Source of the DNA: the human T2T-CHM13v2.0 reference genome, Homo sapiens
DNA length: 64,000 bases
Assembly: GCF_009914755.1 (NCBI RefSeq)
Contig: NC_060944.1
Strand: one strand, 5' to 3'
Part shown: piece after piece, positions 13,700 through 27,917 of the stretch
Layout of the letters: every line of letters starts with the position of its first letter
Numbering within the stretch: position 1 is the stretch's first letter
Notes under the pieces: model-generated
What the model was told of the DNA's origin: nothing
Databases searched by the model: none
What the model saw: only the letters and a program-made list of their open reading frames with translations
Made by a program: the position numbers and the translations under genes

Positions 13700-14512
13700 A
13701 AGCAACAGGAACCCTCATTCATTGCTGGTGGAGATGCAAAATGGTACAGCCACTTTGGAAGTCAGTGTGGCAATTTCTTACAAAGCTAAACTTCATTTTA
13801 CTATACAATCTAGCAATTGTGCTCCTTGGTATTAACTCAAATGAGATAAAATCTTATATCTGCACAAAAACTCCACCCAGATATTTATAGCAGCTTTATT
13901 CGTAATTACCCCAAACTGGAAGCAACCAAGATGTCCTTCAGTAGATGAATGGATAAACAAGCTGTGGTCATTCAACAATGGGATATTAGTCAGAGATAAA
14001 AATAAATGAGCTGTCAAGCCATGAGAAGACATGGAAGGACCTTAAATGCATAGTGATAAGTGAAAGAAGCCAGTCCAGAAAGGCTGAATACTCTATGATT
14101 CCAACTATATGACATAGTTGAAAGGCAAAACTACAGAGACAGGAAAAAGATGAGTGGTTGCCAGAGATGTGAGGAGAGAGGAAAGGCAGAATAGGTGGAG
14201 CACAGAAGAACCTTATAGAGCAGTAAACTATTCTGTATGATACTGCAATGGTGGATACAAGGCACTCTGCATCCTTCCAAACCCATAGAATGTACAACAC
14301 AAAGGCTGAACCCTAATGGAAACCCTGGACTTTCATTAATAATAATGTATTGATACTAGTTCATCAATCGTAAGAAAGGTACCACACCAAAGCAAGATAT
14401 TAATAATAGGGGCAACTGTGAAAGGCATGGGAGGCATATGGGAACTCTATACTTTCAGCTTAACATCTCTATAGACCTAGAACTACTTTAAAAATGAAGT
14501 TCATTAATTAAA
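13700..14512 (+). mobile_element. L1MC (L1MC1/2-like) ORF2 end and 3'UTR
   Basis: ctggaagcaaccaagatgtccttcagtagatgaatggataaac...aacccatagaatgtacaacac...ggaactctatactttc. Confidence 0.9.
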
Positions 14513-14576
14513 TATATCAGTGAACCATATATATATATGAGGAAAAGTCCTACCCTCTTCTCTCTGCATAGCCTCA

Positions 14577-14630
14577 TTATTATTTATCTTCTTTTATTAT
14601 TTATCTTCTTCTTCTATTATTTATCTTCTC
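14577..14630 (+). repeat. Three imperfect tandem copies of tattatttatcttct
   Basis: Read directly from the sequence. Confidence 0.85.
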
Positions 14631-14867
14631 TTTCCAGGGAAATTCTATTTCCTGCCCAGGGCCTGACTATTATATGTTGTATCAAAAAGACATTGTGAAA
14701 ATAAAGAAAACCGCAAAAATGAAAATATTATCAAAACCTTTTTATTCATGAAATGCATGTTAGACACCAAAATATTGGTGGCTTTTCATATCACCAATGC
14801 TAAAAAATTAATTAAGGGGTATATATCTTTTTTATTCCTTGGCATTACCTAAGATTTAGAGAATAAA

Positions 14868-14995
14868 GAATGTCCAAACACCCTGGTTTTCCTGGGGCAA
14901 TCCTGATTTAGGGCTGTTTTCCTGAATGCAGTCGTTAACGGAACCCCGTTTTCCTCTCAAACTTGTCCTAGTTTGGATAATAAGTTATATTATTA
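14868..14995 (-). mobile_element. MER94-like hAT-Blackjack relic
   Basis: ttcctctcaaacttgtcctagtttggataataagttatat approximates the reverse complement of the MER94 5' end. Confidence 0.65.
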
Positions 14996-15451
14996 TTGTG
15001 CCTCTAATACTTTCTTTGCAAAAGGAGTTACAAAGCACCATGGGCAGAGTCTAGTCATACTCACCCCAGCTTGTCTGTTTGGGCACTGTCTGGAACAGAT
15101 AGACTAGGCTGGGAACGAAGGTGTGTCTGCCAGGACCAAACGTTCCAAAAACAAATTTTTTATCAGATGAAACTATAACCTAGATCTTATAATGATTAAA
15201 TGCAATTTCTGTAGTGAAAATCACCTTAAGTAGTATAAGGATTTGCTGAAGATGAACATCAGGCCCCATGAGTTCCTCAACAGCTCGAACCATGGAGAGT
15301 TCGTGCAGGCAGGGTCATTTGTCTACCACCTACACTGTGGATCAGGTACAGAGTACAGAGGCCTTGCTCTATACATATATAGCTACTAACCAGCTCCAGA
15401 AGCCAATATTTTACCTACCAGGACCAGGACCTTGAGGTTTCCCTTTATTAT

Positions 15452-15720
15452 TATCCATTCATTCAATAAATACCCATTCAATTCAGGCACCGCATTGAAA
15501 ATACAGTGGTGCATAACACAAGTAAAAAATATCCATTCTAGTGGGAAGAGGCAACCAATAAGCAAGTAATCAAGTCAGTGAAACAATTCATATAATGGTG
15601 AATACTATGAAGGGTATAGATGCAAAATCATTGCACAGGAGAGAGGGAGGGCTTCTTTCTAGAGATGATAGTTGAACTAATTCTGAAGAGGAAAGGGAGC
15701 CAGCCAAGGGAAATCTTGGA
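15452..15720 (-). mobile_element. L2 3' fragment
   Basis: cattcattcaataaatac...aatacagtggtg...cattctagtgggaag. Confidence 0.65.
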
Positions 15721-15977
15721 TGTTCATCCCACAGTCCCTCTGGAATTAATGAAACTAATGAATAAACTGTGTGCCAAGAAGAAATATTATAAATGTTAAG
15801 TGGTTTTTCTTGATAAGCAAAAAGAAAACTAGTATTCTAGGTATTACATGTGGGCACTGTAAATTTTAAAAAGAATTGTTCTCTTGTTAGCAGTCATTTG
15901 TTATTGATTGGTAATTGCCATCATCAAAATGCCAAATCATGTTGACCCATCTCTTCTGCTTCAAGACTTTCCCAGCC

Positions 15978-16518
15978 TGTTCCAGTTACTATGGCTGCAT
16001 AACAAATTACCCAGAACCTTAGTGGCTTAAAATAATGACAACACTTGTTTTGTTTATGATTTTATAATTGGGAAGACTCCATGGAAATGGCTTATCTATG
16101 TTCCACTCAGCATTAACTAGCAAAGTGCAGCGAGGGGGTCCTTGAACCATCTAAAGTCTTCCTCATTACCTGTCTGGCAGTTGGTACTAGCCATTAGCAG
16201 ATCCCAGCTAATGCTTTTGGCCAGAAAATTACACGTAACCTTTCCAGGTGGCCTGGGCTTCCTCACAACATGGAGGCTGTGAGCATCCTGACAGAGAGAG
16301 CAAGGGCCAACTGAGTGCTGTGTTGCTTCCTATGACCTAGCTTCAGAAAACACGTAACATTACTTCAGTGATAGTCAATTAGTCACAGTGGCAAAAAAGG
16401 CTGTCCAGATTCCAGGAAGGGAACATAGATCCATCTCTCATTGCAGGTCACAGTGGAAGAAGAACATGTGGGATGGCATCTATTGGTGCAGCCATCTTTG
16501 AAACACATAATGTTCCAT
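15978..16518 (-). mobile_element. MaLR solo LTR (MLT1G/H-like)
   Basis: tgttccagttactatggctgcataacaaattaccc...cttagtggcttaaaa...gcagccatctttgaaa. Confidence 0.85.
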
Positions 16519-18588
16519 GAAGCTCAATCCTTTGAGTTTCTTGTAAGACACTTCTATTTTTCCAGTCCATATGCCTAAAAGAACACATAAGGCAACTGCA
16601 AAGATAGGAGAAGTGAAATAAACTGAGTGGGAAACTCAAAAATCCTCATGGGCAAGCAGACAGACAAGGAAAGCCTAGAGACTCACTCATTATTCATCTC
16701 TGTCCTGTGTATTTATGATAGATATCAAGCTTGAACGAGTCATTAAAAATATGTTTAGAAAACTTTGGTTTGAACAAAGTAAAATGTTTTTCTATATTTC
16801 TTATCTTCTTAGAAAATTTAGTAACTATGTGTATGTCCTCCAAGAGGGACACATAGTATGAAATTTATCTCCATCTTCTTTGACGTGGAATCCTTTTTGC
16901 ATACAATCGTGAAATAGCTCACGGGACCACTTAGGAAATTCTATTAAGCCAATTTGTTCTAAGAGGGGTTATAATAGACCCACAGAGTGGGATGTTTCAT
17001 GGGTTTTGTGAGGGGATGGAAAAATTCTCTTCCAGCTTGAAGCTGTGAAAGGAATGCAATGTCTGCTTTTCAACTCTGGTTAGCAGAATGTTGTGCCCTA
17101 TGGTACCTGAATGAAATAGCTAACCTGAGTGTGCTCAAGGAATATGTTGTTTCTGGTATGCCAGAATTCAAAACCAGAGCCCATTAGCATGAGTACTTCA
17201 AGGACTGCCGCTGATGTAACCTTTCAGGGGAAAGGCTGGTCCATCTACAAATGACTCAAGATGTGATGAACAGTAGGAAGCCAAGCCAGTGAGTAAGGGA
17301 CAACATATGCTGCTGATGGAGCTCAACTTCACCCTGCCTCATTGGACCAAGTTCATTACCTGAGAGTGATGAAATGAGGCGAAAGAGAATGTACAGCACG
17401 AAGACTGCAGAAACTTACAAAAGGAGTGTAGGCTAGAAATCTAGACCAGCCTCAAGATGCCAAGATTCCACTTAGAGAAAAGGGAAATACATCTGTGGAA
17501 ATTAATGAGAAACACAGATATTCCATGGGAGTTCAGAACCTGGAAATTAGTGAGGCCAAGAAAAAGAGGGATATGACAGAGGGCAAATTTCATAGGAGTT
17601 TGCAACATGATATTTGGGTGGAAAGGAGCTTGGTTTGCTTTTAGCAGCAGGAGGAAAATCTCCATTTCACATTTAACAACAAAAAAGGGAACCTGGTGAG
17701 GACTAATTTGGAATACCATCTTCGAATTTGGTGCCTTGTTACAGTAGGGGAGTAGTTGACCTGGCCAAAATTCCAAGAGCCAGTTGAATGCTGTTGGGTT
17801 TGAGTACACTGATTAAATAAGTCAAATCCTCTTGGCCTTCTGAGCATCTTAACTCCCAGCAATAACCTTAGAAAACATTCAGGAAGACTATGAAAGTCCT
17901 GGAAAATTCCAAGGGAAGTATTTCTACCTAAAAGTATATGAAGATTGAAACAGCCAAGGAAGGAAGGAGATTATTGCTGTTGGAGAGCGTGGAATTTCAA
18001 CCAGAGTCCAGAGAAGACACTCCATCCTCAAGATGCATTAAATTTTATACGAGGTCTTTTGTGGACTGTTCGGACACATCCTGCCTCTGGGCACTTCAGA
18101 TTAGCTTCGGTACTAGAGTGTTTGATGATTTTTCAAAAACCATGAATCCTCTCTGACACTGGCAAAGAAGCTTGGAAAAGATGAGATAACATACATTATT
18201 TACTAGCTCAATGATTGCTAAGTGGTATTTTTCTTCTTTTGATTAGATTAAAAAATGTATTTAAAGAATGAAATGTATTAAACAGAAGCTATTTACACTT
18301 AGGCAAAAGTCCTGTTTCAGAGTTGGGCAAGTGTTCGCTGCAATCAGGATCATAACCACACCTGTACGATTTCTAGCATTCATTAGAAAACCTACCCAGA
18401 CACTGAAATAATAAGATTGTCAACTTTTGCCCTCTCTGGGATCAGTGCCAAATGACTGATTTTCAATGTCCTGGCTCCATGTTGCTCTCATTGTGATCTC
18501 TCTTCTGATTCTTTACTTCTTACTTGCTTGTTATTTTCCTCCTTATCATTCTCTGCCCCCAACTTCCTTCTTCTTCTGTCTGGACTTC

Positions 18589-18933
18589 TGTCTTAGTTAT
18601 GAGAAATACCATAGATAGGGGCTTGCGAACAACAGAAACATATTTCTCAGAGTTCTGGAGCTGGAAGTCTGAGATCACAGTGCTTATGTGGTCAGGTTCT
18701 GGTGAGGGACCTCTTTCAAGTTGAAGACTGTCTTCTCTTTTTATCCTCACATGGTAGAAAGGGAGCAAGGGATCTCTTTGGGGTCTCTTTTATAAAGACA
18801 CTAATCCCATTCATGAGGGCTCTATCTTTATGACTTAATGTCCTCTGAAAGGCCTCACCTCCCAATACCATCATATTGAGTTAGGATTTCAACATATGAA
18901 TTTGGAGGGCACATGTACATTCCATCTATTGCA
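18589..18933 (-). mobile_element. MaLR solo LTR (MLT1A/A0-like)
   Basis: tgtcttagt...gttctggagctggaagtctgagatca...ctaatcccattcatgagggc...ggatttcaacatatgaattt. Confidence 0.9.
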
Positions 18934-19979
18934 GCTTGTCACTCCCCTTCTCTCTTCACTCCCTTCTTCCACTGTGGACTCCATCCTGCTTTTTATTCAC
19001 TTCTTTTGCCTCTGGTTATAAAGACATCCCCTTTTCTCATACCCTTAGTTAAAAACCACCCTATATTTGTAAAAAATTTCTTCTTCAGAGGAACTTTCTA
19101 GGAATTGTCTTCCCATTCTCAAAAGATCTTGTGTGCAAGAAGAAATTACCTTCTGAGTACAGGTACCATCTCCATGAATTTTTGATGTTCAGCTCAAATT
19201 TGGAAGGAAAAATTGATATCTATTAATTTATCTAAAAAATGACTGGTTGTAAGGTAGGTGCTAGGAAAGAATATAAAGATTTGCCTCCTTTTCTTGAAGA
19301 CGTGCCAACTGGCAGACTTCCTAAAACCCAAGTGAGAAAATGATGACAGGCCTTCTGGACAGGATTTGAAGTAAGCCTCATAGCATAGAGAGAATTTGGA
19401 TGTCCAGAGTTAGAAGGAGACAATAATGTGGTATTGTGGACAAAGGATGCATTATCATAAGGGACCTGTTTAGAGATTATTGGGCAGGAAGGAAAGGAGT
19501 GATGAATGGTGTTGGAAAGGGTGGCAAGGCCAGTGGTAGAGGGCTTTTAAGTGTAGCAGGAGATACCTAGAAATACAAAGAAATGACAACACACGCTTTG
19601 GAATTACATGGAACTGAGTTTGAATCCAGGCTTCTCCACACACTCACACTGGTTGGCTCACCTGGTTGAGCCTCCGTTTCTGATCTTTAAAATAATATTA
19701 ATACCACTCACATTTCAGTGTTGTAAAAGCAAATATTTCCAAATTGTAAACATTAAGTTCGATGGTGAATGAAAAAATTCTTTGCATGGTGTTTGGTTTT
19801 TGGTAAAAGCTCTAACACATGATGGCTATTATCAATATTATTATTAGGCTGAAAGCCAGTACGTTTGTTACTGGAAAAGAAGGGGGGACTTTTAAATTGT
19901 CATTAGTCTAAAGATGTTTTCTCTGGAAAGAAATGAAGTGAAACCTGTGTACTTAAATATAAATGTAAATATATATATA

Positions 19980-20409
19980 TATGATAAACTGCATTGTTGG
20001 TATCAATTCTCTACCCCTTTCTGTATCCATGTTTTTCACCATGCAAAGTGTCTTCCTATTGTGGGGTGTAAGTGATTCTACACCCTTGAGCTCTGACACT
20101 GCCATGGGATTGGTAGCAGTTATGATGTAAGCAGGGCCTTGAAAAGTGCTTTCAGGATAGGATCTGTTTGCTCTTTCCCCTCTGCCACTTTCATGAGGAA
20201 AAACATGCCCAGGACAGCACACAGGTCACAGGAGGAGGAAAAAAAGTCACCTGGAGCAGTGACCTCTGTAACCTAGTGGAGGTCAGAACTGCTCAGCCAG
20301 GTGCCATCAAGATCAGCAGACTCTCTGTCAGCCTGTAGACATGTTTTAATCCATGAATTCCAGTGTGATTTGCTATGTAGAATTATTGTGACCATAGATA
20401 GTTGATACA
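19980..20409 (+). mobile_element. MaLR solo LTR (MLT1I/J-like)
   Basis: catgaggaaaaacatgcccagg...cacctggagcag...atagatagttgataca. Confidence 0.7.
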
Positions 20410-21430
20410 ATATATATGTATGTGTGTACATATATAGTATATATATATATATGTTTATGTGTATATAGGAAAGCCTGAAAAACTTTAATTATAATATTTC
20501 ATTTCCTTCTATAAGTAATTGCTACATGATATTATGAATATTTTTAAAAATCCAAAAATATATTTTCCCAAGATAATAACCTGTATGTGTACAGAATCCA
20601 ACCTGACAGCTAAACATTCATACCTCAATGATCTTTGAAGAGGTATTTATTTTCCTTAGAAAGCTGGGATGACTTGCACAGTCTTCTACTTGGTCTAGGT
20701 CATTGTGTTGTATTCAGTGAATATAATGGTATGGATCAATGTGTGCAATACCAAATTATCGTTGCAACACATTTTCTGTTGTGAATCTTTAGTTTCTTTC
20801 TAAATTCCAGTAGAACAGAACTACCTGAATTCTTTTCAATGAGACATCATCTTGATTGCCATTTATAGAAGAAACCCTAGGTATCCAACCGTTACTGCAA
20901 ATGTGTCTCCATAGTCAGCAAAATAGTTGCCAAATTTTTCTCATCAGAATTCACTCAAAGGTGCTTAAATATTGGCAGTGTCCCATCAGCAAATGGTGCA
21001 GGTAGTAGTAAGGAAAAGGAAAAATATGGAGAACAGTTTAAAGCATCAGAAAGCAGAGTGTGTAAGAGAGCAGACAAAGTGTTTTGTTAATCTCTGGGCA
21101 GTTTTGTGGGAAAGCAAGGGGGACACTGGATGAAGCTTTATAAACACGCAGCCATTAAATGAGTCCGGATGTGCAAAGAGCTTAGAATTGTGCCTGGCAT
21201 AAAATAACTGCTCAAAAGATGTTGAAACATTTTGTTTCAAGCCTTTGGAAGAAAACAAAACAAAAATAAATTCCCCTTAAAGTTTACCTTTGAAAATAAG
21301 TCAAGAATTTTCTTCTTGTATTTGGACATTTGAAATAAACAATTATTATATTCATATGCTTTTAAGCACAAGAAACATTGTTGATAAAACACAATTGTAC
21401 GTCAGCATCTTTTAGTCAAGTGACTCATAG

Positions 21431-21735
<305 letters not shown>

Positions 21736-24700
21736 TCTGTTTAGCAGTTTTTGACAATTACTATTTGTGGATACTCTGCCAAGGCCATGAACACTAGAAA
21801 GCTGTTCCCTGATTTCATAGAGCACTGGCTGGTTGAAGCAATGTGATGCAGGTACATAAAGAGTGCTAACAAAAACAGGCAAGAATGCCATAAGGGAGAA
21901 AAAAATAACAGTACAATTCATTCTAAAGGAAGAGAAATTGTAAGAAATTGGAGGGGTGTTTTAAGTCATGCTTCTCATATATGATTAAAAACTGATGTCA
22001 GAGGCATGGAGAAAATACAATCAGGTTGAGAATTAGTAACTTCCTTTCTAATTAAGAATGTAGTAGATTGAAGAAGCATTGTTCTCAGCCCTCTCTACAG
22101 GGACTCTACGTTTTACTTAAGTAATTGATCTGAGGTAGCTCAGAGGCACCTTGGATTTTGTGAAGATTACATTCAGCTTTTGCCACTTGGACACCCAGGA
22201 CTATATTTGTGGCCAAATTTAGCCACCGTTTCGATCCTATTTTATTTTCTGTTCTCTCTCTCATAGTATATCTGTAAATTACCTTAAGTCCTTTTGTAAG
22301 ATATAGAACGAATAAGTAAGTAATGAAGACTGTAAGAAAGTCATTCATCGTCCCCACCTCTCAATTTTGTCAATTATAAAATGAAAGACTAGGATTAAGT
22401 TAAACTGAGTTTATTTTTTTCTAGCTCTAATATTTTATGATTACATGAATGAATGCAGGATTGTTCATAAATGAAGAATAGCTTAATTTAGCCAATACTT
22501 AGAAGTAGTAGACATGAAGACTTTCTCTGTAAGAATATAAATAACTTGACTTAAAACCATTGGTTGAAGTCAATATACCAGAGTTTCAATTGTAAACGCC
22601 TCCTCTCATTTATTCCCTTCTAAGAGTGGTTTGAGCATATAAATGCATAAATAAATAAATGGCTTTGTGTGTCCAAAATCTACTGGCACACATCAGGTCC
22701 TATGAGACATCACATTATCAATGATACATTTCAATTGCTTTTAAAAAATAACCAGCAACTTTTCAGGTTTTAGAGATCATATCAAACATATATTCTTAGA
22801 GGAAAAAAAAAAACATGTATTCAATCCTTAACTAAAAATAAACAATGAAATCTCTAAAGGATATTCCAGTCTTATATCATCAGCTATCAATACCTGTTAA
22901 CCAACAGGGGAAGCTTCAAAAAATGAAGCATTTGGTTTTTCTTGGTGGTGGATTCTTTTGGAAGATGAAAACTATGGAGGGGAGAAACTTTACCTAATGC
23001 TTTAATAACAGTAAGAGTAGATATTGTTATGTAGTACTGGGAACTGCAGAGCTGGTAAGTTTCTGAGCTCTTCTCATAACAACCTTATTATAGATTATGT
23101 ATGAATCACATTTTTGTTCTTTATAATTCAATTTTGATTATATTTAGTTTGATGATCTAGTATCTCTGAATATGAGACAAAAATAAAAAAGAATATTGGA
23201 GTAAAAATGCAAACTTGCTAAAAAATAGAGAGATATAAATTAAAATATTAGAAGTCACAGAAGAAAACAGAAGTCTTGCTTTTCTACCTTGACGTTACTT
23301 AGAAATGATTTTGATAATCACGTTCTTAGCACAAAATCAAATTTACAATTCCTATCATCACAGTTGAAATTTTTTAATCAACTAAGGAAGCTTGCTTCTG
23401 AGCAATGAGTATGGAATTTATTCCTCTAAGAACTGACTAATTTTAATCATTAAGATAAGAATGTCAGGTGCTATGATGTTGATAAGTATTTCACAGCTCC
23501 AAATACATCACTTCCATGGAACAGAAAAATGATAACATGTTGGAGACAGGAAAAAAAAAAACAACAACTCTATGATTACTTTGGGTATAGGCCCTGACCT
23601 GAGATCTTAGTAGGGGGAAAAAATCATCTTTCTAAAGAGAAAAACATCACTGAGAAGACAATCTTAACTGGATCAACATTCATGTTGAAAAAATGAATGT
23701 GCTTTAAAAATTGAATAGATGTTTCCAGAGCTTTGGTTCCTGGGAAGAAATAAAAACAACTGTTAAGCCAGGTCAATGAGGAGAGGAGCAGTGAAGTTAT
23801 TCTATATCTCTAGTCATCTTTGACTGTCAAATTTATTGCATTTTTTTCAATAAAAATTGTCTTTTGTTTAATCGAATGCTTAAACTTGTTTGCAAGCCTC
23901 AATGAGCAGGGGATGGTGGGTTTCCAGAATTAGGCTGAGAGACTAAGACAGACAGCTTGGTATTGCTAGGTAGGGTGCTCATAGGTGGTAACTAAATGTG
24001 CCAGATGTCTGCTACTGAGTTCTGTATTGGAAGTAACCAACATAGGTGGAAGGGTATGTACTTTAAGATTGAAATTTTGGTTGATCCACATTTTATCTTC
24101 AGTGATACCGCCATTTTAATAGATCCTCAAGTTAGGAATTATTTGCTTCCTCTGAATGGCCAAAGGTCTGTGATAAAAAATCCAGGGAAATAAAATGAAC
24201 CCACTTTTTTGTCAGTGATTCCCATCTCCTGGCAATCCCTGTGAAATTCACACTCCTGGGCAGTTGGAGATTCTACTGACATAAATCATGTGAACCAAGT
24301 GTGGGACAATGCTAGAGACCACCAGGATGAAATATCTCTGTTTCAAACTAACTCTTGTTCCCAAGTAGGGCCTCTTATACCTGTTTCCCAGAGCCTATAA
24401 CGTGAAGAGTTCATGTGAATGACTCCTTCCTACTGAGAAATCAGGAAAGGTCGGGAGGGGGTCACACCTATTCTGACACTCTTCTAGCAGGCTGAAAACA
24501 GGCCAGGTCTGAATCACAGTGGACCACACAGGGCCACAGGGAAGGGAAACTGCTTTACTTGAACAAAGTCACTATTTCCTGGAGGCTGAAGGGGGAATTT
24601 CATCTAAAATTCCCTCACTAGGCTCCCAACAAAAGCAATAAAAGTTACTAGTAGTGCCTGGCTCCTTTATTCTATCCCTTTGTTTACTTCTGATTAACAT

Positions 24701-25049
24701 TTTACATTCTTTTATTTATTTTGGATTGATTTTTTTTTAAAAAATAGAGCCACTCAGCTTCCAACCTGGAGGCTGACTAAAGGAAGTAGCAATGGATATT
24801 TTTGAGTGGATACATCTTCATTCAGGGATGGGCAAACCAGTGCATTTTTAGAAAGTATTTAGGATGATATGGTATCTTTCCAGATAAAGACAGGCCTCCT
24901 TCTCCTTTGACAAAGTGAATTGGAGGCAATGTAGATGTTACTTGTGTCTGCACCCTTTGATGTGTAGTATAGACATTGGGCTTCACCTAGAAGGGCTCTT
25001 CAGGCTGCTGGGCTGACTTCTCTTTCCCTTGCTGCCCTGCTCCAATAAC

Positions 25050-25570
25050 ACTTACCATACAATATTCCTTTTGGCTTGACACTTCTCTGCTTCAGGTTCC
25101 TACCCATCCACCCAACAGGTCCCCGCTGCAGTTGGAATAAAATCTGCACCTGACATTGACCTCCAAGATTCCATGTGACTTGACTCTTGTTTACATCTCC
25201 AAACTCATGTTATACCCATCCCTCCAGCTCAAACCCACCTCACTGCCTTGGGCTTGCAGTTCCTTCTCCTTGGAATATTCTTTCCCTGTTCTTTTAAAGC
25301 CACAGCTCCAATGTCATGTCTTTGGAGACACTCTCTCATCTCCATCTCTCCTATCTAAACCATTCACAGCACACCATCTTGTTTTATGCCCTTTGCAGTG
25401 TCTGTCACATCTGTCATTTCTTCTTTACTAATTGTTTCTTGACAAGCAGAATATGAACTCCAAGATGACAGGAGCATCTCATATAGATGGCTATATCCCT
25501 AGTACTTGAAACACTTTTAGGCACAAAGTTGATACTCAATAAAGATCTGGCGCATGAAGTAATAGATGAA
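25050..25570 (+). mobile_element. L2 3' fragment
   Basis: gaatatgaactccaagatgacagga...ggcacaaagttgatactcaataaa. Confidence 0.75.
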
Positions 25571-26179
25571 CTGTTACTATCACATGATTAGCCCACTGCA
25601 ACCAGAGGGAATGGGCTCAAATAGCTTCTTTTAATCCCTACTTCTAATAAATTCTGTTCTCATTGCATATATTATTTCTCCATCCTTTGCTATGCCCACA
25701 CATAAGTGTCCTTTGTTTAGCTTACACTTCAAATCTCTGTTTACTTGTCATCTGTAGGAAATCATTCTTGGCTGTCCCAAACCGGATTGGGTGCTTCCTC
25801 TACACTTCCTTCAGTTAGAGCACTACTCACACTGCATAATGGCTCCACAGAGTAGAAGCAATTCTCTTTCTCTTAGCGTCTAGGGTGTCCAGCACAGGAT
25901 CTGCCTGTGTCAGAGCCTTAACACCTGTTTGTTGAATCCATGAATGTGAATTTAGAATGTTTTTAAGCATATCCACTTTATTACCTTTCTATATTGTACA
26001 CAGAACACTCATGATACCTATTTGTTGAGTACATGAATGCATAGTTAGAATCATAGATTGTTTTTGAACATGTCAATGTGATTACCTTTCTACATTTGTA
26101 CATAAAACACCCATGGTGTTCCACAGGAAAGGCATAAGTCATCAGCCTGGTGCTTTTTTTATCTCCTGTTTAACCTCGT

Positions 26180-26395
26180 AATTAACACCTTTAGAGCTCT
26201 TATGTTTTGCCAGGCTGCAGCTGAGGCTTTTGCTTGGGTAATTTCCCCCACGTCAGCTCTAGGAAGTAGGAAGTGTTGGAACTACTACCATCCAGTTGAC
26301 AAAATTGAAGCTGACTTGCCCAGCGTCACACAGCCGGTAAGTGCTGCGGGCAGAATTGGAACCCAGGCAGTCATAGATAGTAAAGTCGTCACTGT
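26180..26395 (-). mobile_element. MIR SINE
   Basis: tgacttgcccagcgtcacacagccggtaagtg...gaacccaggcagtc. Confidence 0.8.
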
Positions 26396-27319
26396 GAAAC
26401 ACAGAGAAATGGCACAACCTCACGGCAAATTTGATATCAATGCCACCAGTAATTTCTGTGCTTGCTGATTTAGTGTGGTTACAAATATCATACTTTAAAA
26501 CTCTGATTAGGGTATTCTGCTTTTCAAACACCTCTCTAACCTCATGAAGACCTAAAGAACAAATTCTCAGCTCTCCATGATAGCAATTAAGACCTGTTAC
26601 CTCTGCTCCCAGTCTGCCTCAGCATACTTCTCCCACCATTACTCAACGTGAGCACAACCTTTTGCTGGTCTCTAAATGAGCCTTGATCCTTTCTCTCTTT
26701 GCTTATTCATTTTCTCCTTTGGCTTCTACTCATCGTTCCAGAGCAATCTCATAATTCTTTTTTTTCTGGTTTCCTTCAAAACAAATTTACTTTCCATGTA
26801 TTTCAAACTTACTCATTGTTTAATTCTGAAGCTTGATAGGCTGCTTTTATTTGAGCTGGAGGAATTCTCTCCCTCCATGCCTTCTGTATAACTGTAGGAA
26901 AAATATGTCAAAGAGTAGATGAGATGGTAAACAAATAATCTGCTGCAAAATGCATGAAGAATAAACTGGGGGAGTAAGCAAAGCTTTAAGTAACATGTTC
27001 TTAAATATGCAAAACAAGAAATTGTGTTATTAGCTCACATTATGAGAAATTTACACTAAGTTAGGAAGCTTCACATAAAATAAAAATAAATCTATTCAGT
27101 TTATATATTCTTTGTCACCTCTTTGGAGAAATGCTTCCTTGTTGCTTCCACTGAATTTCATATTTACCTTTGTTATATGTCTCACCACTGTGGATTGTAT
27201 GCATTGTTGTATTTCTCTGTCTCTCATCAAATTTCTAAGATCAGGATCTGGCTCTTTGTGCCTAGGACATGCTTTGGAACATGATATATCTCTAAAACAA
27301 ACAAAAACCTTGCTACAAA

Positions 27320-27917
27320 TAAAATAATACACACACCTGAATGGCTAAGATGTAAAAGTGAAAAACGCCAAGTGTACAAGCTCTTTGCCAGCCTATTTGG
27401 CTGTGTCTCCTGAAGTTAAACATGCCAAAAAACCCAATAATTCTACTACTGAGCATATATAGTCACTAAAAACATGGGGGTTGATGGTCATCAAAAGACT
27501 TGTTCAAGATTTACAGTATCACTATTTGTTATAGTCAGAAACTGGAAATTACTCAAATACCCAGAAATAGAAGAATGCGTAAACGAATTGTAGCATATTG
27601 TGGTATATGTGTACAAAGGAATACTATACAGCAATGAGAATGCACAAACTAAAACAACAAAAAGCTAGACACAAAAAGTACATCTGTATGATTTCATTTA
27701 TACAGTTTAAAAAGTGGCCAAATGAATTTAGGAAATTAGAGTTCAGAAGAGCAGTTACCCTTGGTGGAAGAAGTAGGGACTGCAAGGTAGCCCAAGGCAG
27801 CTTCCTGGTGCTGGTAATCTTTTGTTCTTAACCTAAGATCTGGTTATACAACTGTGGTCACTTGGTAAAAATGAAGCTGAGAATCTTTTCTGTGTCCATC
27901 TTGTACTTTAACAAAAA
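27320..27917 (+). mobile_element. Old L1 (L1ME-like) 3' fragment
   Basis: gaatggctaagatgtaaaa...tgtggtatatgtgtacaaaggaatactatacagcaatgaga...tgtatgatttcatttata. Confidence 0.8.

Larger units (their letters stand above)
13115..14675 (+). mobile_element. LTR33-like ERVL solo LTR, split by L1 insertions
   Basis: 5' part cagatccatcagccatccttctctgccttgttctgtgtccc at about 13135; 3' end tctatttcctgcccagggcctgact at about 14645-14670. Confidence 0.65.

Noticed and set aside
16700-16945. Possible additional hAT-Charlie relic
   Set aside because: The similarity is too faint to assign a family or boundaries by eye.
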